Shown here piece after piece: positions 41,311 to 52,809 of a DNA stretch of 64,000 bases. Source of the stretch: an uncultured cyanobacterium (GTDB lineage: Bacteria > Cyanobacteriota > Cyanobacteriia > Cyanobacteriales > CAWCAG01); the NCBI GenBank assembly GCA_963803805.1, contig CAWDOD010000007.1:17040-81039 (forward strand), in the 5' to 3' direction. Numbering within the stretch: position 1 is the first letter of the stretch; every line of letters begins with the position of its first letter. Below the pieces are notes generated by a model. The model did no database searches and was not told the DNA's origin. It saw nothing but the letters and a program-made list of their open reading frames with translations. The position numbers and the translations under genes are program-made.

Positions 41311-42363
41311 TTACTCTTGGTTAGAGTTGTGCCGAAGTCCTTTTGATCTCCCTAAGAGTCTTTGTAGTTTATCTTTTTGGGATAGGGACTCAGTGTTAGT
41401 TTTATCTGCTTCTAGTAATGCTTGTAACTTTTGGACAAAACCTTGTTCACGAGAGTGAATAGCGTAGGCCATTTGGAGAAAAATTTTGGCCAATTGCCCT
41501 AATTCATCGTAGCGTTTAGCTATTTTACTAAGCTTTTCTAAATCAACTTCATCTCCTACTTTTTCAGGAGCAGAAGAGTCTTCGCGAGTTACCATTTGTT
41601 GCGCTAAACTAGCCATGGGTTTTAATGGTTCGACTACAGTTCGCTTCAGCAAGCTATTAATAACTAACAAAACTATGATAAAAATGACCATGAAATTTGC
41701 TAAAGCTACTAAACCATTTCTTCTTGCTAAGGCAAAGATATCACTAGCTGGAATATAGATAGTTTGTGCGCCGATAATTTCGTTGAGTTTCCAACCAAAA
41801 CCGTTTTCTGAGCCATAGGTTTTAATTAAACTTGCTGGTGCTTGTTCTGGAGTATTGTGGCAAGCCAAGCAATTTGCCATAGTGATTTTTAAAGGACGAG
41901 CTATGTAAAAGAGGTTCTCTTGTTTTGAAGGACGGAATCCATATAATTCCTTCAGTTCTGAATCTTGGCGAAAATTCTCCACTAATCTAGCTTCAAATTT
42001 ATCGGCTTTATCTCGTAAATTAGTGGGATTTAAAGTTGCGTCTTTATAAAGATAATTAAGGTATTCTTCTTTTTGACGAAATTCCTCAAATACCTGTCTG
42101 ACGTTGTAACTAGGAATAACTTCGGGAATAAATTCCGAACTATTTTCTAAGCGAGGCGTGATTAGAGGGCTAACCTGAGCGCTGTAATAAGTTCTTAAAG
42201 CACTCATACTATCCATAAGTAGAATAGCCTGTTCTTTAACTATTTTTTGGGCTGCTAGATCCTGCATATGATTTAATACACCATAACTCAGGCTAGTTCC
42301 TACAATAAAAATAAACCCTAAGATCAAAGTAAATTTGACTCCTAGTTTTAATTTTTTTAGCAT
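41311..42363 (-). CDS. Membrane-anchored DUF3365 (Tll0287-like) c-type-heme sensor-like protein
   Basis: N-terminal TM helix. CLACH heme-binding motif within a DUF3365-like segment. Second TM helix followed by a helical C-terminus. Confidence 0.6.
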   Translation of the reverse strand: MLKKLKLGVKFTLILGFIFIVGTSLSYGVLNHMQDLAAQKIVKEQAILLMDSMSALRTYYSAQVSPLITPRLENSSEFIPEVIPSYNVRQVFEEFRQKEEYLNYLYKDATLNPTNLRDKADKFEARLVENFRQDSELKELYGFRPSKQENLFYIARPLKITMANCLACHNTPEQAPASLIKTYGSENGFGWKLNEIIGAQTIYIPASDIFALARRNGLVALANFMVIFIIVLLVINSLLKRTVVEPLKPMASLAQQMVTREDSSAPEKVGDEVDLEKLSKIAKRYDELGQLAKIFLQMAYAIHSREQGFVQKLQALLEADKTNTESLSQKDKLQRLLGRSKGLRHNSNQE

Positions 42364-42459
42364 TATTCACTTTCCTATACATAGACATTCTAAGATAAGC
42401 TTTCCTTAACTTATATACAAAATTAAAAAACCATAGAGAAGAAACAGGGAAGAAAAGTA

Positions 42460-43362
42460 ATGACTTCTTCAACTAATTTTTATAATTGGCACAGTTTTCC
42501 TTGTGCTTATGAATTCCATAAGCCCACAGCCATTACTCAAAATGAACCGCCTCTACTTTTACTCCACCCTATCGGTGTAGGTTTGTCCCGCCTTTTTTGG
42601 CAGCGTTTTTGTCATGGTTGGCTCAAAAATGGTTTAGGAAATCCCCTTTATAACCCTGACTTACTTGGTTGCGGCGATAGTGCTATGCCTCCTTTAGCTT
42701 ACTATCCTGAAGATTGGGCAGAACAATTAATTTATTTTCTCCAAAATATAGTTAAAACTCCTGCTATACTCCTTTGTCAAGGAGCTTTATTACCTGTAGT
42801 GATCGCTTTGGTGGAGAAACAACCGGAGTTAATTAAAGCACTGATATTTTCAGGCCCCCCAGCTTGGAGATTAATTAGCGAGGATAAGCAATCTCCTCAA
42901 CAGCGCATCCTTTGGAACTTATTTGCTTCTCCTCTGGGCAATGTCTTTTACCGCTATGCCCGTCGTCGCCAGTTTTTGCAATCATTTTCGGTACGCCAAC
43001 TTTTTGCCGAACCAGGGGCAGTAGATGAAGAATGGTTAACTACTTTAAAAGAAGGTTCTCAAAATCTTTCTAGTCGCTATGCAGTTTTTTCTTTCCTCTC
43101 AGGATTTTGGCGACAGGATTATTCTCAATCAATTGCCACGATTAACCAACCAACTTTAGTAGTTATGGGAAAACAAGCTTCTAGTATTAGCCGAGAAGGA
43201 TTTACCGAAACTCCGCCGCAACGTTTAGACACTTATCTTAAACATTTTCCTAATAGCGAGGGTAAACAAATATCAGGGCGCAATGTACTCCCCTATGAAT
43301 CAACCTCAGAATTTGTCAAAGTCGTTAGTGAATTTGTCGATTCAATAAACCAAATAAATTGA
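42460..43362 (+). CDS. Alpha/beta-hydrolase-fold protein
   Basis: 300 aa. HPIGVG and GPPAW blocks typical of the fold. No clear GxSxG nucleophile. Confidence 0.55.
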   Translation: MTSSTNFYNWHSFPCAYEFHKPTAITQNEPPLLLLHPIGVGLSRLFWQRFCHGWLKNGLGNPLYNPDLLGCGDSAMPPLAYYPEDWAEQLIYFLQNIVKTPAILLCQGALLPVVIALVEKQPELIKALIFSGPPAWRLISEDKQSPQQRILWNLFASPLGNVFYRYARRRQFLQSFSVRQLFAEPGAVDEEWLTTLKEGSQNLSSRYAVFSFLSGFWRQDYSQSIATINQPTLVVMGKQASSISREGFTETPPQRLDTYLKHFPNSEGKQISGRNVLPYESTSEFVKVVSEFVDSINQIN

Positions 43363-43627
43363 TTCTTAAGGAATTATTTTTATCTATATCTAAAAAATTT
43401 GCTTAAATAAATAAACTACGCTGCAATGGGCGTGCCAATTCTCTCTTTACTCTTGACTTAAGCAACTATTACAGAAGGATCAAGGTGAGAAAGTTGAATC
43501 GAGGAGTTAAGGGGAAGAAAATATTCCTAATTGGTTACACTTCATACCTTAACTAAACTGATAAAACTCAGCGCGTAAATAACCATATTCTTGTCAGCAT
43601 CTCAACTATGCCAGGGGCAACAACATC

Positions 43628-44248
43628 ATGATTTTCAGAAAGAGTTTCTCAGTTATTGCTATTATAACCACCTTAGTTACCTTGGTAACATCAATTACAA
43701 CCCCAGTTCAAGCAGCTATTTTTAGTTTGGATTTTAAGTTTACAGATTTCAATACTGGAGAGTTAGTTAAAGGTAGTTTTCTGTTTAATAATTCCGTGAT
43801 TCCTATGGTAGCTAGCTTTGGTAGCTTATATCAAAAAGCAAGCCCATCTTTTGAAATATTTGTAGGGGACAAAATTTTCACTGGTTCTAATAATTCCATG
43901 GTAGTAGCAGACAACTTTGAGAATGCTTTTGGCGTTGTTACAGATGTAGTTCTTTTCGATGATTTTGAAGATTTTGATTTTAATAGTCCAGAAAATCATC
44001 AATCTTTAGCACTTTTTGACTATAGCCAAGATACTTGGGGAGCGGAGACTTCACCTCCACAAATTCGCTCTACCGGATTAGTTTTGCTTAATTTAGCACC
44101 AGATGTCACTGTTTTTTCTCCTAATGCTTTAACCTCTATTAAAGAGTTAGCAGACTATCCTCCTAATACCTCTGTCCCAGAACCTAATTCAATATTGGGG
44201 CTGATTGCTCTGGCAACTTTCAGTACCATAGTAAAGAAGCAGCATTAA
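43628..44248 (+). CDS. PEP-CTERM sorting-signal protein
   Basis: Signal peptide. C-terminal [17 protein letters not shown] ... KKQ motif. Confidence 0.7.
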   Translation: MIFRKSFSVIAIITTLVTLVTSITTPVQAAIFSLDFKFTDFNTGELVKGSFLFNNSVIPMVASFGSLYQKASPSFEIFVGDKIFTGSNNSMVVADNFENAFGVVTDVVLFDDFEDFDFNSPENHQSLALFDYSQDTWGAETSPPQIRSTGLVLLNLAPDVTVFSPNALTSIKELADYPPNTSVPEPNSILGLIALATFSTIVKKQH

Positions 44249-45465
44249 ATTCGTTGTTTACTATACCAAGCATCCAAAGCCATTTGGTGAATAGTAAGCC
44301 AAGGTTGATTATTAATCCTAGCTAGTTGAGTGCAATCTTCATATTCTGGTTGGACATTGAATATCTTTTTCTCTCCACCAACTTCTTGGCTAGCCACCTT
44401 AACTCTAACTACACCGTAAGCTGTCGTTACTTGTTCGATTTCTCTGAACAAAATACTTCTTTCCTGAGTGCGGCAGCGAATACCTAAAGTGGTGGTTTCT
44501 CTGAACAAAACCCCTTCACAAGCAACTACTTTTTCAGGATGACAAATAACTGTTAAAAGAATGCCGGGGCGAGACTTTTTCATGCCAATTCCTTGACTAA
44601 AAACATCAACAGCCCCCACTTTCAATAATTCCTCAAAGACATAACCAATAACTTGGGGATTTAGATCATCAATTTGGGTTTCTAAAACAGAAATAAGTTC
44701 TGTTTTTGGTGATATTGCAATATCACCAAGCCAAAGACGCAGTAAATTAGGTAAAGGTAATTGAGCAGTCCCTGCCCCCAATCCCACTTTCTCTAATTTC
44801 ATCTTTGGGGGAGAACCAAAGTCCTCGGCCAAAGCGACGGCGATCGCTGCCCCTGTAGGAGTTACTAGCTCTTTATTAATGCCATTACTATAAATTGGTA
44901 CTTGGCGAATTTCCCAAAGCTTCAAGACCGCAGGAACAGGTACAGGAAGCAATCCGTGGGCAGCCTTGATATTTCCTCCTCCGGTGGGTAAAGCAGAACA
45001 ATATAACTTTTCAATTCCTAACCAATCTAAACCTAAGCAAGTACCAACAATATCTACCAAGGCATCTACAGCCCCCACTTCATGGAAATGTACCTTTTCC
45101 GGTGTAGTTCCATGAACCGCAGATTCTGCCTCTGCTAAGCTACGAAATACTCGCAAACTCCAAGCTGTCACCTGTGATGGTAAGTTGGCCCGGTGAATTA
45201 TCTCTTCAATTTCTGGTAAATGTCTAGCAGAATGCTCATGGTGATGGTTGCTTGAAGATTCATTCAGTAAATCTACATGAACTTTTGTACCAATTTGCCC
45301 ATTATGCTTAACCTTCTCTGCCCTCAGTTGATATTCTCCTTTAATGCCCAAACCCTGCAACTGTTCAACCAAATAATGTAAAGGTACGCCAACATCAACC
45401 AAAGCACCCAAACACATATCCCCAGCAATTCCTGTCGGACATTCCAAATAAGCGATTCTAGTCAT
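44245..45465 (-). CDS. larC: LarC-family (DUF111) nickel-pincer cofactor nickel insertion protein
   Basis: N-terminus [25 protein letters not shown]. 406 aa. Confidence 0.8.
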   Translation of the reverse strand: MTRIAYLECPTGIAGDMCLGALVDVGVPLHYLVEQLQGLGIKGEYQLRAEKVKHNGQIGTKVHVDLLNESSSNHHHEHSARHLPEIEEIIHRANLPSQVTAWSLRVFRSLAEAESAVHGTTPEKVHFHEVGAVDALVDIVGTCLGLDWLGIEKLYCSALPTGGGNIKAAHGLLPVPVPAVLKLWEIRQVPIYSNGINKELVTPTGAAIAVALAEDFGSPPKMKLEKVGLGAGTAQLPLPNLLRLWLGDIAISPKTELISVLETQIDDLNPQVIGYVFEELLKVGAVDVFSQGIGMKKSRPGILLTVICHPEKVVACEGVLFRETTTLGIRCRTQERSILFREIEQVTTAYGVVRVKVASQEVGGEKKIFNVQPEYEDCTQLARINNQPWLTIHQMALDAWYSKQRI

Positions 45466-45602
45466 TGATAACCATAGGTTGTGAACATCTTAATAACTAA
45501 TAACTGTTCGGCTTGCCGTTGCCATTAGGCATCATTGAGCATTGATTATTGATAACTGAACCCTAAGTAGTAACATCTAGATAAAAGAACCTCTAGTAAA
45601 TT

Positions 45603-46244
45603 ATGGCTATCTACTACTCTATTCATCCGGATAATCCACAAAAACATCGAATAGAGGAAATAAGAAAGGCTTTGGGAGACGGTGCGATTATGCTTTATCC
45701 CACCGACACCGTTTATGCCATCGGGTGTGACTTGAATATCAAGTCAGCCGTAAAACGGGTTAGGCATCTTAAACAACTATCTAATGATAAGCCTCTGACG
45801 TTCCTATGTTCGTCATTGTCTAATATCTCCCAATATGCTTGGGTTACAGATCAAGCCTACCGAATTATGAAACATTTGATTCCTGGCCCTTATACTTTCG
45901 TTTTACCAGCAACTAAGTTGGTTCCGCGTCTAGTAATGAACCCCAAACGTAAAACCACAGGAATTAGAGTTCCTAACCAAACAACTTGTCAAACCCTCTT
46001 ACAAGCTTTAGGAAATCCAATTATTTCTACTTCAGCACATTTACCTGATGGGGAAGGAGATTTTCCAACCCTAGGAATTGAACAAACTAAGTTATTTGAT
46101 GCCCTCGATAAGTCAGTAGACATTGTCATTGATGATGGTTCAGAAACAGGTTCTCAGGTTTCTACTATTTTAGACTTAACCCAAGAGGAACCCATAATAG
46201 TTCGCCAAGGTCTTGGCTGGGAAGAGATTATGAACTGGATCTAG
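45603..46244 (+). CDS. tsaC: L-threonylcarbamoyladenylate synthase (YrdC/TsaC type)
   Basis: 213 aa. YPTDTVYAIGCD and ISTSAH blocks. Confidence 0.8.
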   Translation: MAIYYSIHPDNPQKHRIEEIRKALGDGAIMLYPTDTVYAIGCDLNIKSAVKRVRHLKQLSNDKPLTFLCSSLSNISQYAWVTDQAYRIMKHLIPGPYTFVLPATKLVPRLVMNPKRKTTGIRVPNQTTCQTLLQALGNPIISTSAHLPDGEGDFPTLGIEQTKLFDALDKSVDIVIDDGSETGSQVSTILDLTQEEPIIVRQGLGWEEIMNWI

Positions 46245-46638
46245 AATTTCGCTGATTATTTTCCTACTCAAGCTGGCTCTTACAATTAAATTCCCCTCTC
46301 TCTACAAAAGCGAAGAGGATGACTTCGTACAGCCTGGTTTAAATTTGACCAGTTCGTCAATTGTCTCCTTAAACTGCTTTTTTACCAGTGTTCATACTCA
46401 AAGAATACTGCCAGTTTTTCTGTGGGCGTAATCCTTATGCTATGTAGTTTACAGCTCCTGTAGCTAAGGAGCAATTTGCCATGTTCAATTCCGGAGTTGA
46501 CTGCCAAGTATGAGTTGTGACACAACTTGCCACCAGCAAATAGATATTGCGTTTTACATTCAATGTATAGACATCAGTTGAGAGCCAACCACAACTGATC
46601 ACCAAAACTAAAATTCTTGATATTTAGGGACAGATACC

Positions 46639-47844
46639 ATGAAAGTGCAAACTGCTGAGGTTAACCAGTTTACCGACAATAACCAATTCTATCCGGAAGT
46701 AAACCAAAGTAATGAACAAGAATCTTTGAATCAACTTATTCAAGAAGAGTTACGTTCCCAAGTGAACTCTAGTTCTTCGGTTCAAGAAGTTGCTACTCGC
46801 ATTACTCTAGAAGTTACTAGGGTCTGCAACAAAAGTAAGCGTATTCAAAAGTCTGGTGAAGTTCGCAACTGGCAACTATCTTTAGGTCGCCACCGCATTA
46901 GTAAGTGTATGACTTACTACCAATTGGGTTCTAAACAAGGGAGGGCTGAACTTCATAGTAACTTGAGTGTTATGGTCTATCGCCATATTGCCCCGGCAAA
47001 AGCTCAATTAGGATTCTCCGGTCGCTACAATTTAATTGAGGATTTTTTACAAGATTTTTATGCTGAGTCCCTCAAAGCATTCCGACGGGAGAATGAGGTT
47101 GCTGAAGATTATCAGCCTCGTACCAAGTTGCAATTAGCAGAGTATATGGCTTTTACGGAGCAATATGCAAAACGCCGCATCACTTTGCCCAATGGTTACA
47201 GCCAACAATTAATTATTTTAAGGGCCCAAAGCTTCGCTCGTCGTCAACCTTCAGAAACATCAGTAGATATTGAACAAGCTATTGAATTTCCTAAAGGTGA
47301 AGATGCCCAAGGGAGACATTCTTCCCATGTGGTACATGAGGTACGGGCAAAAATGGTTTCAGAAAATCCTGATCCCTGGAAATCTGCAACTCGCGATCGC
47401 TTAGTTAATGCTTTGTTTGAGTACCTCGAATCTAACGGTCATTCTGACTGTGCTAATTATTTAGCTTTGAAACTCCAAGATCTTCCTGCTTCAGAAATTG
47501 ATGAAATTCTTGGTCTTTCTCCCCGCGAAAGAGATTATTTACAGCAACGTTTTAAGTATCATGTTGAGAAGTTCTCCCGTTCTTCTCACTGGGAATTAGT
47601 TCACCAATGGTTAGAAGCTGATTTAGAGCAAAAGCTCGGTTTAACCAACAAAGAGTGGCAATTATTCTATGATAAGCTCTCTTCTGAACAGCGCTTACTT
47701 TTAGGACTTAAGGAACTCAAGAAAGACGATGAGGAGATTGCGTTAGCTTTAGGTTGTACCCTCAAAAAAGCTCAAAAGCGCTGGACTAAAGTACTAGAAA
47801 TTGCTTGGAAAATTCGCAATAGCAATGAGGCCAATGGTAATTAG
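46639..47844 (+). CDS. Protein of unknown function with sigma-70 region-4-like helices near the C-terminus; possibly HetZ-like
   Basis: 401-aa ORF with a 390-bp leader. HTH-like segments EIDEILGLSPRERDYLQQRF and EIALALGCTLKKAQKRW. The size matches my recollection of Anabaena HetZ (unverified). No HetR palindrome was seen upstream. Confidence 0.5.
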   Translation: MKVQTAEVNQFTDNNQFYPEVNQSNEQESLNQLIQEELRSQVNSSSSVQEVATRITLEVTRVCNKSKRIQKSGEVRNWQLSLGRHRISKCMTYYQLGSKQGRAELHSNLSVMVYRHIAPAKAQLGFSGRYNLIEDFLQDFYAESLKAFRRENEVAEDYQPRTKLQLAEYMAFTEQYAKRRITLPNGYSQQLIILRAQSFARRQPSETSVDIEQAIEFPKGEDAQGRHSSHVVHEVRAKMVSENPDPWKSATRDRLVNALFEYLESNGHSDCANYLALKLQDLPASEIDEILGLSPRERDYLQQRFKYHVEKFSRSSHWELVHQWLEADLEQKLGLTNKEWQLFYDKLSSEQRLLLGLKELKKDDEEIALALGCTLKKAQKRWTKVLEIAWKIRNSNEANGN

Positions 47845-48185
47845 TGATTGAGATGGTTACAGGTTGAAAGAAACTGAAGTTAAAGGTTGTTGGCTATTTC
47901 CTCAACTCGAAATAATCCGTTAACTACTAATTGGCAACTTGTAACCCTTCTCACTATTTTTAATTAAGTAAAAATAAGTTATCTCAATAATTAGAAATTC
48001 AAACTTAAAAATAAATTCATTAATTGCTTTTATCTTCTTGAAATGATCTATACTCCAAAGCTTCGATTTAGCCTACAGTAACCCTAGGCGAACCCCACTT
48101 CTCACTCCTTGCTTATTATTTTGTTAAGGTGAATAGAAGCGACAAAAGATAATTCTCTCGTCGATTTCTTAAGACTCAAATAATT

Positions 48186-48893
48186 ATGGTAACTAGAACC
48201 CCTGTTTCTGTTTCAAACTGCCCAAAGGAACAGAATATCGAGACTTTGAAAAAAGTTTGGCAAAATATTAAAGTCGATAGCTGTCCCCATGTTTACAACT
48301 TCCATATGCACACTCTCCATTCCGATGGCAAATTAGCTCCAGAAAAGTTAATGGAACAAGCTTGTCATGCAGGGCTTAAGGGTATGGCTATTACTGATCA
48401 TCATACGGTTGATGGGTATAAAATCGCTCAAAGTTGGTTGAACCAACTTGAACAAAAGCAAGTTTATGATTCTCTACCCCACTTGTGGACCGGAGTTGAG
48501 ATAACCTCAGAATTGTTGGGAACAGAAGTACATATTTTAGGCTATGGTTTTAATCCCGAAGATCCTCAACTAAAAGGTGATTATTTCCAAGGAAGTGGCC
48601 CTTTAGGTAAGCTCAAATTAGCGAAAAAAGTTATCTCTGCTTTACAAGAAGCCGGAGGTTTAGCTGTATTAGCCCATCCTTTTCGCTACCAGGTTGGAGG
48701 CGAAGAGTTAATCCCGGCGGCGGCTGAAGTAGGTATTGATGGGATAGAAACTTATTATGCCTATCGTGCCACAAATCCCTGGCAGCCAAGTCCTCAACAA
48801 ACAGCAGATACTGAACTTCTCACTGAACAGTACAATTTGTTGAGGACTTGTGGAACGGATACCCACGGTTACAATTTGATGTTGCGAATTTAA
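48186..48893 (+). CDS. PHP-domain metal-dependent phosphoesterase
   Basis: HMHTLHSDGK and AITDHHT motifs. 235 aa. Confidence 0.7.
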   Translation: MVTRTPVSVSNCPKEQNIETLKKVWQNIKVDSCPHVYNFHMHTLHSDGKLAPEKLMEQACHAGLKGMAITDHHTVDGYKIAQSWLNQLEQKQVYDSLPHLWTGVEITSELLGTEVHILGYGFNPEDPQLKGDYFQGSGPLGKLKLAKKVISALQEAGGLAVLAHPFRYQVGGEELIPAAAEVGIDGIETYYAYRATNPWQPSPQQTADTELLTEQYNLLRTCGTDTHGYNLMLRI

Positions 48894-49145
48894 AGGATAT
48901 TAAAAGGCAAAATTCATCAAAATAATTACCCCCAAACTCATCCCTAGTAACAGCAAAGCAAGACTTATTGATTCACCTAAATGTCTTGGTGTTTGAACAG
49001 TCTTCATATTCATTTCCTCATTAATTATTAGGTTTTCTTATATATCTACAAAGATAGCAATAGTAAGATAATAAAAATGAGAAAAAGAGACGATTCTTAG
49101 TTTAACTTGTTGTAAGTTAATATAGCCAAGCTAGTTTACTTAGTT

Positions 49146-49856
49146 TTAATTGGTTAAACCATGTTTGAGGGCATAGCGAACTAACTCTGTACGACTATTA
49201 GTTCCGGTTTTGCCAAACAGACGACTAACATACTTTTCTACATTACGAACACTAGTTTCTAATCGGCGAGCAATTTCTTTATTCATTAATCCTTCTGCTA
49301 CTAAGTCTAAAACGCTTTGTTCCCTTGGAGTTAGTTCAATTTTTATTAAAGGAGGCGTAGTCGTAAGTCCAGGATTATTGCCTAATATACTCTTAATTTC
49401 TGCTAACTGTTGATTTATTTGCAGTAATTCCGAACTGCCTTCTGCTTCTGAAGTTGCACTCTTTCTTTGCAATAAATTCCTAACAATAGCTTCTAATTCT
49501 TCAGGATCGAAAGGTTTAGGTAAATAAGCATCACAACCTGCTTGATAACCTTGAATGCGATCAGAAGTCATGCCTCTAGCAGTTAGAAAGATTACTGGCA
49601 AAGCAGCAAAGCGAGGATCTTCCCTTAACTTTTGCAGAAATTGATAGCCATCAACTTTAGGCATCATAATATCAGAGATGACTAAATCAGGAGTCTCTTT
49701 TTCTAATAAATCCCAAGCTTCATCAGCATTACTAGCAGCTTGAACCGCAAATTCTTCACTATCTTCTAAATAAGCTTGTACTGATTCGCGAATGCCTGGT
49801 TCATCATCTACTAGCAGTAGTTTTTTTGGCTCTTGTTCTTGCTCTGTTGTAGACAT
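49146..49856 (-). CDS. NarL/FixJ-family response regulator (REC + LuxR HTH)
   Basis: LLLVDDEPGIRE, DIMMPKVDG, and C-terminal LTPREQSVLDLVAEGLMNKEIA. Confidence 0.85.
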   Translation of the reverse strand: MSTTEQEQEPKKLLLVDDEPGIRESVQAYLEDSEEFAVQAASNADEAWDLLEKETPDLVISDIMMPKVDGYQFLQKLREDPRFAALPVIFLTARGMTSDRIQGYQAGCDAYLPKPFDPEELEAIVRNLLQRKSATSEAEGSSELLQINQQLAEIKSILGNNPGLTTTPPLIKIELTPREQSVLDLVAEGLMNKEIARRLETSVRNVEKYVSRLFGKTGTNSRTELVRYALKHGLTN

Positions 49857-50044
49857 TTGTAGTTCTTTGTTGACTTTGCTCTATTGGCGAAGCTTAGCAG
49901 CAATAGTTAATTGTACAAGCAAAGGTCAATCAATTTCCCATACAAGTTAAGGGTTAAGGGTAAAATCTTCACCCTTAACTCTTTTTCGTCAATGTTATTT
50001 ACTAATCCCTATTAATCTGTAACTCTTTTCTGTAGTTTAAGCAT

Positions 50045-50422
50045 TTAACAATAAACACTTATATCCTCACCACATTCGTCTGCTAGATAACAGAGGGCGC
50101 GGAAACGCAAGGCAACTACTTCTTCATACAGGGGATTGAGTTTACACAGAGGGGGGATTCGTATCCAAGTACGGCCAAACATTTGCACTTCTCTAGCAAA
50201 AGGGCAATAAGCTGGTATATTCTTGCAGAGGCGATGGGCAAGACTAGGTTCTTTAATTTCAATGCCGTTTAACCAGCTACGTAAAGGACTTAGAGGTCTG
50301 AATTTACTCTTATTGGTAGAGGAGTTTAACTTTAACTTTACAAAATGTTTCCAGATGATCCCGTAGAAGTTTTGTGGTGTATGATTATTGACATTCATCA
50401 TTTTTCCGAAACTGCTCTCCAA
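50045..50422 (-). CDS. Small protein resembling the Mo-dependent-nitrogenase C-terminal domain family; weak call
   Basis: 125 aa with the RPLSPLRSW ... CPFAR ... C pattern. Identification is from memory of the family consensus only. Confidence 0.35.
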   Translation of the reverse strand: MESSFGKMMNVNNHTPQNFYGIIWKHFVKLKLNSSTNKSKFRPLSPLRSWLNGIEIKEPSLAHRLCKNIPAYCPFAREVQMFGRTWIRIPPLCKLNPLYEEVVALRFRALCYLADECGEDISVYC

Positions 50423-51003
50423 TAGTGGGCAGGACTGCTTGGTGTGTTTTTTAGCTACAGCTACTTAATTTAGTTTTCCCAAATCTTAGGAAAGACATCT
50501 TATGGGCTATCTACAGGAATTAGGAGTGAAATGGCCAGAGCAAATAGCGAAAATGTCTCTCAGCTTCGGTTTAAAGAGCTACTCCTGAATTCTGAACTCA
50601 TTTTTCTTCGACGCATCCCTAATACAATTAGTTTCCTACTCAATCAAAGCAAGATAGGTAAATAGTGGCAGTTATTTTGCTGAGACTGATAAGTTAACTT
50701 TATGACTTTCATTTAGCTAAATTATATCTACCTCAAACACAAGGAATCGTAACATAGGTAACAGAATAGCCTTTTTCATGCAAATGGCGGATGAAATTTG
50801 TGCGTTAAGGGGATGAAGGAAAATTTTTAAAATCAAAGAATTTTTCCTTTTTGTCAAATCTCTCAAAGCTTTGCTATATTTGGCTTTGAGGTGGATAAAA
50901 ACCGGCAAATCGGTTATAATAGTTGTATACATACCACTCCAGAAATAGGTAAGATAAACACGCCTCAATAGCGCTGCAAATAAGCATTTAACGAATAGCA
51001 AAT

Positions 51004-52722
51004 ATGTCCGAACGACCCCAACAGCAACCGCCAAGCACATCAACTTTAGAAGAAATTCGCACCACGCGCTTAGCCAAAGTTGAACAGCTTAAAGAGGCAG
51101 GATTAGTTCCCTATGCTTACCGATGGCGCTCTTCTGCTACTGCTACCCAATTACAGGAGAAATATAAGGATCTGTCTAACGGTGAGGAAGTAGAAGCCCA
51201 AGTAGCCATCGCTGGCAGAATTATTGCCCGTCGAGTGTTTGGTAAACTAGCCTTCTTCAACCTTCAAGATGAAACAGGTACTATTCAGCTTTACTTGGAT
51301 AAAAAGCGCATTCAAGCTGAAATGTCTAATATCGCTAACCCCTTTAATCTCTTAAAAAAGCTCACTGACGTAGGAGACATTATTGGTGTTACTGGCACGA
51401 TTAAGCGTACTGAAAAAGGGGAACTTTCAGTATATGTTAGGGAGTACACTATGCTCACCAAATCCTTACTACCCTTACCAGACAAGTGGCACGGGCTAAC
51501 GGACACAGAAAAACGCTATCGCCAGCGTTATGTAGATTTAATCGTTAACCCACAAGTGCGAGAAACCTTCCGCCGTCGGGCTAAAATTACCGCAGCAATT
51601 CGCCGCTATTTAGAACAAAAAGGCTTTTTGGAAGTAGAAACCCCTGTATTGCAGGGAGAAGCGGGAGGGGCAGATGCCCGCCCCTTCGTTACTTACCACA
51701 ACACCTTAGAAATGGAGTTGTACCTACGCATTGCTACAGAATTACACCTCAAACGGTTAATTGTGGGCGGCTTTGAAAAAGTTTTTGAAATGGGTAGAAT
51801 TTTCCGTAACGAAGGAATTTCCACCCGCCACAACCCAGAATTTACATCCATCGAACTCTATCAGGCTTACGCTGACTACAACGATATGATGGAGTTAACA
51901 GAAGATTTAATTTGTATCGTTGCCCAAGAAGTTTTGGGAACTTTAGAAATTAGTTATCAAGGTACAACCATTAATTTGCAAAAGCCTTGGCAACGGGTAA
52001 CAATGCAGGATTTGGTTAAGGAAAAAACGGACTTAAACTTCAGTGAATTTAAGGATTTTGCTACAGCAAAAATAGCCGCCCAAAAGGTTGGTATTGAAAT
52101 TCCTCATGACTGTCAAACTCTGGGCAAATTGCTTAATGAAGCTTTTGAACAAAAAGTAGAAGCAACTTTAGTTCAACCAACTTTTGTAATGGACTTCCCA
52201 GTAGAAATTTCTCCTTTAGCTAAGCCCCACCGCTCCCAAACTGGTTTAGTAGAAAGGTTTGAACTTTATGCTACAGGTAGGGAACTAGCTAACAGTTTCT
52301 CTGAATTAACTGATCCTCTAGATCAGCGTCAAAGGTTAGAAGCACAAGCTGCTAAAAAGGCTGCCGGAGACTTGGAGGCACAGGGTGTAGATGAGGATTT
52401 CCTCGCTGCCCTAGAATATGGAATGCCTCCTACAGGAGGATTAGGTATTGGTATTGATCGTTTAGTCATGCTGTTAACTGACGCAGCAAGTATTCGAGAT
52501 GTAATTGCTTTTCCTTTACTCAAAAATACTAGTGCAGTAATTAGTTCTTTTGACTACGATACCGAAAAAAAAATCCTCAAAATTGAGTTCAACAACGACA
52601 GTAGTTATAAATACCACGACGTACCAGAAAATATCTACCAAGGTTTGAAAAATACCCCTTCTTTGGGATTGTATTTTAATACCCATATCCGAGATAAATT
52701 CGGCTGCGATCGCCTGGTATGA
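51004..52722 (+). CDS. lysS: Lysyl-tRNA synthetase, class II, with a ~70-aa C-terminal extension
   Basis: Class II motifs [14 protein letters not shown]. Anticodon-binding OB-fold at the N-terminus. Confidence 0.9.
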   Translation: MSERPQQQPPSTSTLEEIRTTRLAKVEQLKEAGLVPYAYRWRSSATATQLQEKYKDLSNGEEVEAQVAIAGRIIARRVFGKLAFFNLQDETGTIQLYLDKKRIQAEMSNIANPFNLLKKLTDVGDIIGVTGTIKRTEKGELSVYVREYTMLTKSLLPLPDKWHGLTDTEKRYRQRYVDLIVNPQVRETFRRRAKITAAIRRYLEQKGFLEVETPVLQGEAGGADARPFVTYHNTLEMELYLRIATELHLKRLIVGGFEKVFEMGRIFRNEGISTRHNPEFTSIELYQAYADYNDMMELTEDLICIVAQEVLGTLEISYQGTTINLQKPWQRVTMQDLVKEKTDLNFSEFKDFATAKIAAQKVGIEIPHDCQTLGKLLNEAFEQKVEATLVQPTFVMDFPVEISPLAKPHRSQTGLVERFELYATGRELANSFSELTDPLDQRQRLEAQAAKKAAGDLEAQGVDEDFLAALEYGMPPTGGLGIGIDRLVMLLTDAASIRDVIAFPLLKNTSAVISSFDYDTEKKILKIEFNNDSSYKYHDVPENIYQGLKNTPSLGLYFNTHIRDKFGCDRLV

Positions 52723-52809
52723 TTTAAAAATAAAAATACCGTAATCCCTTACTAAATCAAGCCTTGATTTAGTAAGGGATCTTATTTTGTTATCACCTGA
52801 TGAACTTTG

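Noticed and set aside
46245-46638. HetR-binding palindrome (GAGGGG...CCCCTC) upstream of the HetZ-like gene
   Set aside because: Reading the leader, I found no such inverted repeat. The HetZ assignment therefore stays tentative.
50717-51043. 108-aa minus-strand ORF overlapping the lysS start
   Set aside because: It lies in an AT-rich upstream region, has no recognisable fold, and overlaps the lysS initiation region. It is probably spurious.
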